The translations under genes were made by a program, and so were the position numbers. From Paraspadella gotoi (Eukaryota > Animalia > Chaetognatha), in assembly GCA_051294375.1 (NCBI GenBank), contig CM119267.1, positions 22,693,486 to 22,757,485 on the forward strand: a stretch of 64,000 bases of DNA, written 5' to 3'. The notes beneath the pieces were generated by a model. That model had not been told where the DNA came from. It saw only the letters and a list, made by a program, of their open reading frames with translations, and did no database searches. Below, in pieces: positions 60,034-64,000 of this stretch; the first letter of the stretch is position 1; each line of letters opens with the position of its first letter.

Positions 60034-60576
60034 CCTTTCTCACGGGTATGAAGGGCACGAATCTTATTACAAGGTGTCAAGAACTAATCAAGGATCGAAA
60101 ATTAGAAATACAACTTCAACCCGATTCACATAATCTTCTCAACGGGTCACTTATCCGGCCCCACCTTCCTCCTTCAACCCACTCCCACTCCCCCCTACTG
60201 GCCCTACTCCCCCCCCCAGCACCCTCTCACCGTCCCCCCGGTGACGTCGACGTGGACCTTCCTCCACTTCTTATCGAAGGGTCGGCGGCGTTGGTGGTGA
60301 AGCCGATCGTCCGAAGGCCGGAGGCGCTAAGAATCTGAGTCTCCAGTTTCTTGGCGATCGGGTCCAAGCGAACTGGGAATGAAGGGAAGGGGGGATCGGT
60401 ATTATTTAATCATTGAATATCATTCATTTATCCATTCATTCTCTCTTTCATTGATTTATCTCTCATTCATTTATTCATTCATTAATTTATTCTTACCCCT
60501 TTGGTTTTGTCTATCTGTCTTACGTTTTTTCTGTTTCACACTTTCTTTGTCGCAGTCTCTGTGTCTCTGTCTTTCG

Positions 60577-60654
<78 letters not shown>

Positions 60655-61408
60655 TCTCTCAACAATCCCCCCCGCCCACCGGCGAATTGTGTTCTCATCC
60701 TGCTGTCCACAATCCTCATGAGGTACCATGTCTCCTTCATGTCCTTGAGCATTCTGTACGTGATGACCATAGAGAACTCTGGCGGCATGTTGTACTGGTA
60801 CATATCGGCGGTGGGGATCTTGAGGTTGGCGTTTCGATCGATGTGGATCGCGTTGAACGGCGGCCTTGGGGAGAGGAGAGAAGGACAGTTTGAACAAAAG
60901 GGCAATCGCTTGAAAAAGTAAGGAATTTCGGGCGATTCTCGAGAGAGGTCTCGGCCGATAAAAAAAATGAGCAACGGACTCGTCGGACAGCCATTCTACG
61001 AAAACAGCGGTAAGATATTCGTCGGGTAAAAGTATTGTAAAGTGTGGGCTACAAACTTACAGGCTTGGCTTTATTTTGGCGACATAATTGAGGTACTTAT
61101 AATAATTATTCACATCACTCAAGAATGTAAGATTCAAACTGGATTGGATTAGTATTAATTATTTCAGAATTCGATTCAATTTTGCATTTTCACTCCTTAA
61201 GTGAATCGATCCTACCCACCTGGTTCCCTTGATGACTTTGCACCCGGCGATGTTGAGCTGATCTCCTTTGGCCGGATCGAGTCCCAAGCGACCCATGAAG
61301 TCGAAGGCGGGCAATTTGTCCAGATCTCCGTCTTTCCAGTTGACGGGGCAATTCCCGTTGAAGTCGCCATCTTTGGCGGAAGCGGAGGAGAGGAGGAAGA
61401 GGAGGAGG
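45337..61408 (-). CDS. FACIT-like collagen (COL9/COL21/COL22-type C-terminus) with seven tandem TSPN/laminin-G-like N-terminal domains
   Basis: Exons: 61408-61220, 60864-60680, 60372-60231 (one base short), 59766-59700, 56621-56400, 56134-56021, 55551-55382, 54275-54092, 52953-52647, 52403-52113, 51579-51486 (GC donor), 51305-50799, 50486-50382, 50106-49857, 49492-48696, 48531-45337. Signal-peptide tail LLLFLLSSASA. Repeated TSPN motifs (GLP.xF, QFG..LDG, LFD..WHK, TLYVDC, ID..G). About 700 aa of interrupted Gly-X-Y, NC2-like IRRICQGVL, terminal CKQC...VKGP. The ATG exon is not securely identified. Confidence 0.9.
48604..48675. repeat. (GAAA)n tetranucleotide microsatellite in the last intron of collagen 1
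   Basis: Directly visible array. Confidence 0.95.
49638..49709. repeat. Perfect 28-bp inverted repeat (hairpin) in a collagen 1 intron
   Basis: ggaataagtttgatttgtttgtgacaac (49638-49665), 16-nt loop, gttgtcacaaacaaatcaaacttattcc (49682-49709). Confidence 0.95.
50188..50277. repeat. (AATC)n tetranucleotide microsatellite in a collagen 1 intron
   Basis: Directly visible array. Confidence 0.93.
55713..55742 (-). repeat. Copy of a short dispersed element (ttaataaataagctatcttgcccctgact)
   Basis: Related copies at 26854-26881 (+), 35825-35852 (+), 39497-39524 (+, within the duplicated unit) and 53076-53123 (-). Confidence 0.7.
57163..58820 (-). CDS. Small heat shock protein (alpha-crystallin/HSP20 family), ~222 aa, nested in an intron of collagen 1
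   Basis: Exons 58820-58699 (MAFFDDGFFGSMSLVPMRM...), 58012-57902, 57598-57163; both introns are phase 2 with gtgagt donors. Alpha-crystallin domain KFQLRVDVSNFSPEEVEVKI...FLQRYKLPE..VTSALSEDGVLTVEAP and C-terminal IXI motif (RIIPIR). Confidence 0.93.
59041..59048 (-). promoter_or_regulatory. TATA box of the sHSP gene
   Basis: Minus strand gggTATAAAAGg, ~220 bp upstream of the sHSP ATG, between the HSE and an Inr-like TCAGA near 59016. Confidence 0.8.
59066..59100. promoter_or_regulatory. Heat-shock element (alternating nGAAn/nTTCn array) of the sHSP promoter
   Basis: ggaag cttct cgaaa attcg agaaa = five perfect alternating pentamers (59066-59090), plus one more in-phase agaaa at 59096. Lies ~20 bp upstream of the TATA box. 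Further partial GAA/TTC pairs at 59181-59210. Confidence 0.88.
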
Positions 61409-62339
61409 CTGCGGAGAAGAGGAGGAGGTTTTTTTTTAAGGAGGAAAGATCGATCGGTCGATCATGAATCATTTAGCTAAGAAGAATTAAAATTAAGAAA
61501 ATAGATAGGTAATGATTGGATTTAAATAGCAGGTACATCATAATAGTTGTGACTGATTAATGAATATTTAACTTTTATCAAACATATGAGTGTTTTTGTA
61601 TAGAGTTAACGTGATTTATTTGAAGCTTTATTGAAATCTTTGTGGAACAATTATTGCTCATTATTATCAATGTACCATTGTGAAGCCATATGTACGATTA
61701 CCTTTTTGGAATAATTCCATCTTCAGTTTTAGAACTTAAACCGAGTTACCCTAATATATAGTACATTAAAAACTGTAATTTAAAAACCAAAAAAAATCTT
61801 GAAATGGGTTTTTCTAGCTTGAGCTACATAATTAATAATAACTATTTTGTTTATTTTATCTGTTTTCCGAGCAGTAATGAGAGGGGGAGTATTTTATTTC
61901 TTTTTAAATTTAGAAAAAAAAAAACGCACTTACAAATTTTTACACGGAAGATAGACGCAATAAAAAATATCTATCACATACAATGATTATTGCACAAAAA
62001 CTATTACGGTATTCAACGCATAACAATAAAAAATTTACAGACATTAGAATTTAAACTAGTACAGAACATTTTTTTCAATAATCTCTGCACAAACAAAATT
62101 GGCAAAATAACAAAGGCAGTGATAAAGCTTTATATAGCTTATATTCAAAACAGTGGTTAACAAAAATTTAGCACCATATTTGTTTACTTGTTGAGAGCAA
62201 AGTTGGAATAAAACAAAATGTACAATAGAAGATGGCCTCTTAGCATACACATTTACAATAATCGCATTGTAATAAATGAGAGACTGGTGATAGAATATTT
62301 AAAACCTCTCATGGCAAGACGAAGATCTAATGCTACTTT

Positions 62340-64000
62340 TTAAGGTCCTTTATGTAGAGGTGGCTGTGGAATAACTACTGGAGTACATTGTTTGCAAGTA
62401 CCCACAGGTCCTGTTGGACCCATCTGTCCACGCATTCCGGGGTAGCCTCTAGGTCCTGGGGGACCTATTTCCCCTTGAGGGCCCATAATATTTTCACCTG
62501 GAGGTCCGGGAGGACCAGCTGGCCCTGGAATTCCTGGTTTTCCCGCCAAACCAATGCCTTGAGCTCCCTTTGAACCCATGCGACCGGGTTCCCCGCGGTA
62601 TCCTCTTGGACCTTGAGGTCCTTTGTGTCCTGGTAAACCCATGAATCCTCTTTTACCACGAGGTCCGGATGGACCAGGTGGACCTTGAATACCCACAACA
62701 CCTGGTTTACCAACAGGGCCAGCTATGCTTGTTCCAGGAGGGCCTGGAGGTCCTCGTAAATCTGCTATAAATTCTTGGAAATGATTATCGAGCACACCCT
62801 GACATATTCTACGAATATCACCATCTGAGAAAACACGTCCTGGGGGCCCGGTTTGACCTGCCTGCCCCGGTGGTCCTTCTCTTCCTTGCATACCTTGGGC
62901 ACCAGGTGTTCCGGCTGGGCCGGCTGGCCCAGGAGAGCCTGGTGTACCAGCATTCCCTCTTGGTCCAAACTGTCCCATTAGGCCATCTTTTCCAGGCATT
63001 CCGGGTGGACCTGGTGGTCCCTGTGGACCAGGTGCTCCATTAACCCCCATCATCATGGGACCCCCTGGTCCATCACCAGGTGGTCCTGGAGGTCCAGGAG
63101 GTCCAGGCTGACCTTTTGGGCCCATAGGACCTCGTAGACCAGGCGCCCCTGCTTGACCAGGCATCCCTTGAGGGCCTCGTAATCCAGGTTCTCCAACTTC
63201 TCCTCTTACTCCATCAGGGCCTGACTTACCAGGATCTCCTCTGGCACCATCTTGTCCAGGCAAACCAACTGGTCCCCTTACACCTGTTGAACCACGTGGA
63301 CCTCTTTCTCCAGGAGAGCCTGGATTACCTCGATCGCCACTTCTTCCTGGAGCTCCATCATCTCCTCTAGTCCCTGGAGTTCCATCAACTCCTGGTAGGC
63401 CTGAAGGTCCAGGTTCTCCTCTTTCTCCAGGAGGTCCTGGAGGACCAGTTGGACCTTCATCACCAGGAGCCCCTGCTTGACCAGGTGGTCCTCGGTTACC
63501 TTTTGGACCCTGAGCAGCTGAAGATCCTGCTGAACCTTTTTGTCCTGGAGGGCCTCCTGGTCCTCTTGCTCCTGGATCGCCAGCTTCCCCAGTCGATCCC
63601 GAATCTCCTGGTAATCCAGGAAATCCCCTAAGGCCTGGAGCTCCATCAAGACCAGGAGAACCTTTTTCACCCTCAGCTCCAAGTGCTCCTGGCAAACCAT
63701 CAGATCCTTTTGGACCAACTGGGCCAATTGGACCAGGAATACCAGGACTTCCTGGCAATCCTATTGAACCTTTCTCACCTGTGATACCCTGAGACCCCTT
63801 TTGGCCCTTCTCTCCTGTTTCCCCAGGAATCCCATCTCTCCCAGGATTTCCTGCTGAACCGGGTGGACCAGGAATTGGTTCTTTAGGGTCAGTTATAATT
63901 GCAGCTTCACCTTTCTCTCCTTGAAAACCTTGTTCACCTTTAATTCCTCTTGGCCCAGGAAGACCTGGGTCTCCCTGTGGTCCATTTTCTCCCAGTAAAC
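62340..64000 (-). CDS. 3' part of a second FACIT-like collagen, tandem paralogue of collagen 1 (5' end outside window)
   Basis: Gly-X-Y frame is open from the window edge to TAA at 62342-62340. Colinear with collagen 1, sharing [46 protein letters not shown] and GTCKQCTP...KGP. Confidence 0.93.
   Translation of the reverse strand, partial: LLGENGPQGDPGLPGPRGIKGEQGFQGEKGEAAIITDPKEPIPGPPGSAGNPGRDGIPGETGEKGQKGSQGITGEKGSIGLPGSPGIPGPIGPVGPKGSDGLPGALGAEGEKGSPGLDGAPGLRGFPGLPGDSGSTGEAGDPGARGPGGPPGQKGSAGSSAAQGPKGNRGPPGQAGAPGDEGPTGPPGPPGERGEPGPSGLPGVDGTPGTRGDDGAPGRSGDRGNPGSPGERGPRGSTGVRGPVGLPGQDGARGDPGKSGPDGVRGEVGEPGLRGPQGMPGQAGAPGLRGPMGPKGQPGPPGPPGPPGDGPGGPMMMGVNGAPGPQGPPGPPGMPGKDGLMGQFGPRGNAGTPGSPGPAGPAGTPGAQGMQGREGPPGQAGQTGPPGRVFSDGDIRRICQGVLDNHFQEFIADLRGPPGPPGTSIAGPVGKPGVVGIQGPPGPSGPRGKRGFMGLPGHKGPQGPRGYRGEPGRMGSKGAQGIGLAGKPGIPGPAGPPGPPGENIMGPQGEIGPPGPRGYPGMRGQMGPTGPVGTCKQCTPVVIPQPPLHKGP

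Noticed and set aside
59700-61408. Treating the TSPN exons upstream of the sHSP as a separate gene
   Set aside because: They have no stop codon and splice in phase across the sHSP to complete a TSPN motif at 56621.

Overview
Eukaryotic (invertebrate animal, probably arthropod; taxon is inference only) AT-rich genomic DNA with GT-AG introns and many (GA/CT)n microsatellites. Most short ORFs in the track are repeat artefacts. By matching splice sites and phases by eye I find five protein-coding genes. (1) The 3' part of a plus-strand multi-exon gene for a large Ser/Arg/Glu-rich, probably disordered protein (<466-20675). (2) A convergent minus-strand 4-coding-exon gene for a ~159-aa membrane protein (22739-26486). 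(3) A minus-strand FACIT-like collagen (45337-61408, 16 exons traced, ~2,270 aa) with seven tandem TSPN/laminin-G-like domains ahead of a triple-helical region encoded without introns. (4) A 3-exon small heat-shock protein gene with its own TATA box and a 5-unit heat-shock element, nested on the same strand inside an intron that splits TSPN repeat 1 of that collagen (57163-58820). (5) The 3' end of a second, colinear FACIT-like collagen paralogue directly upstream (62340->64000). The 31.5-40.2 kb region is a ~3.4-kb unit present about three times, separated by 25-N gaps, and is probably a gap-filling artefact. The most interesting system is the tandem FACIT-like collagen pair with the 7xTSPN head and the nested sHSP gene.
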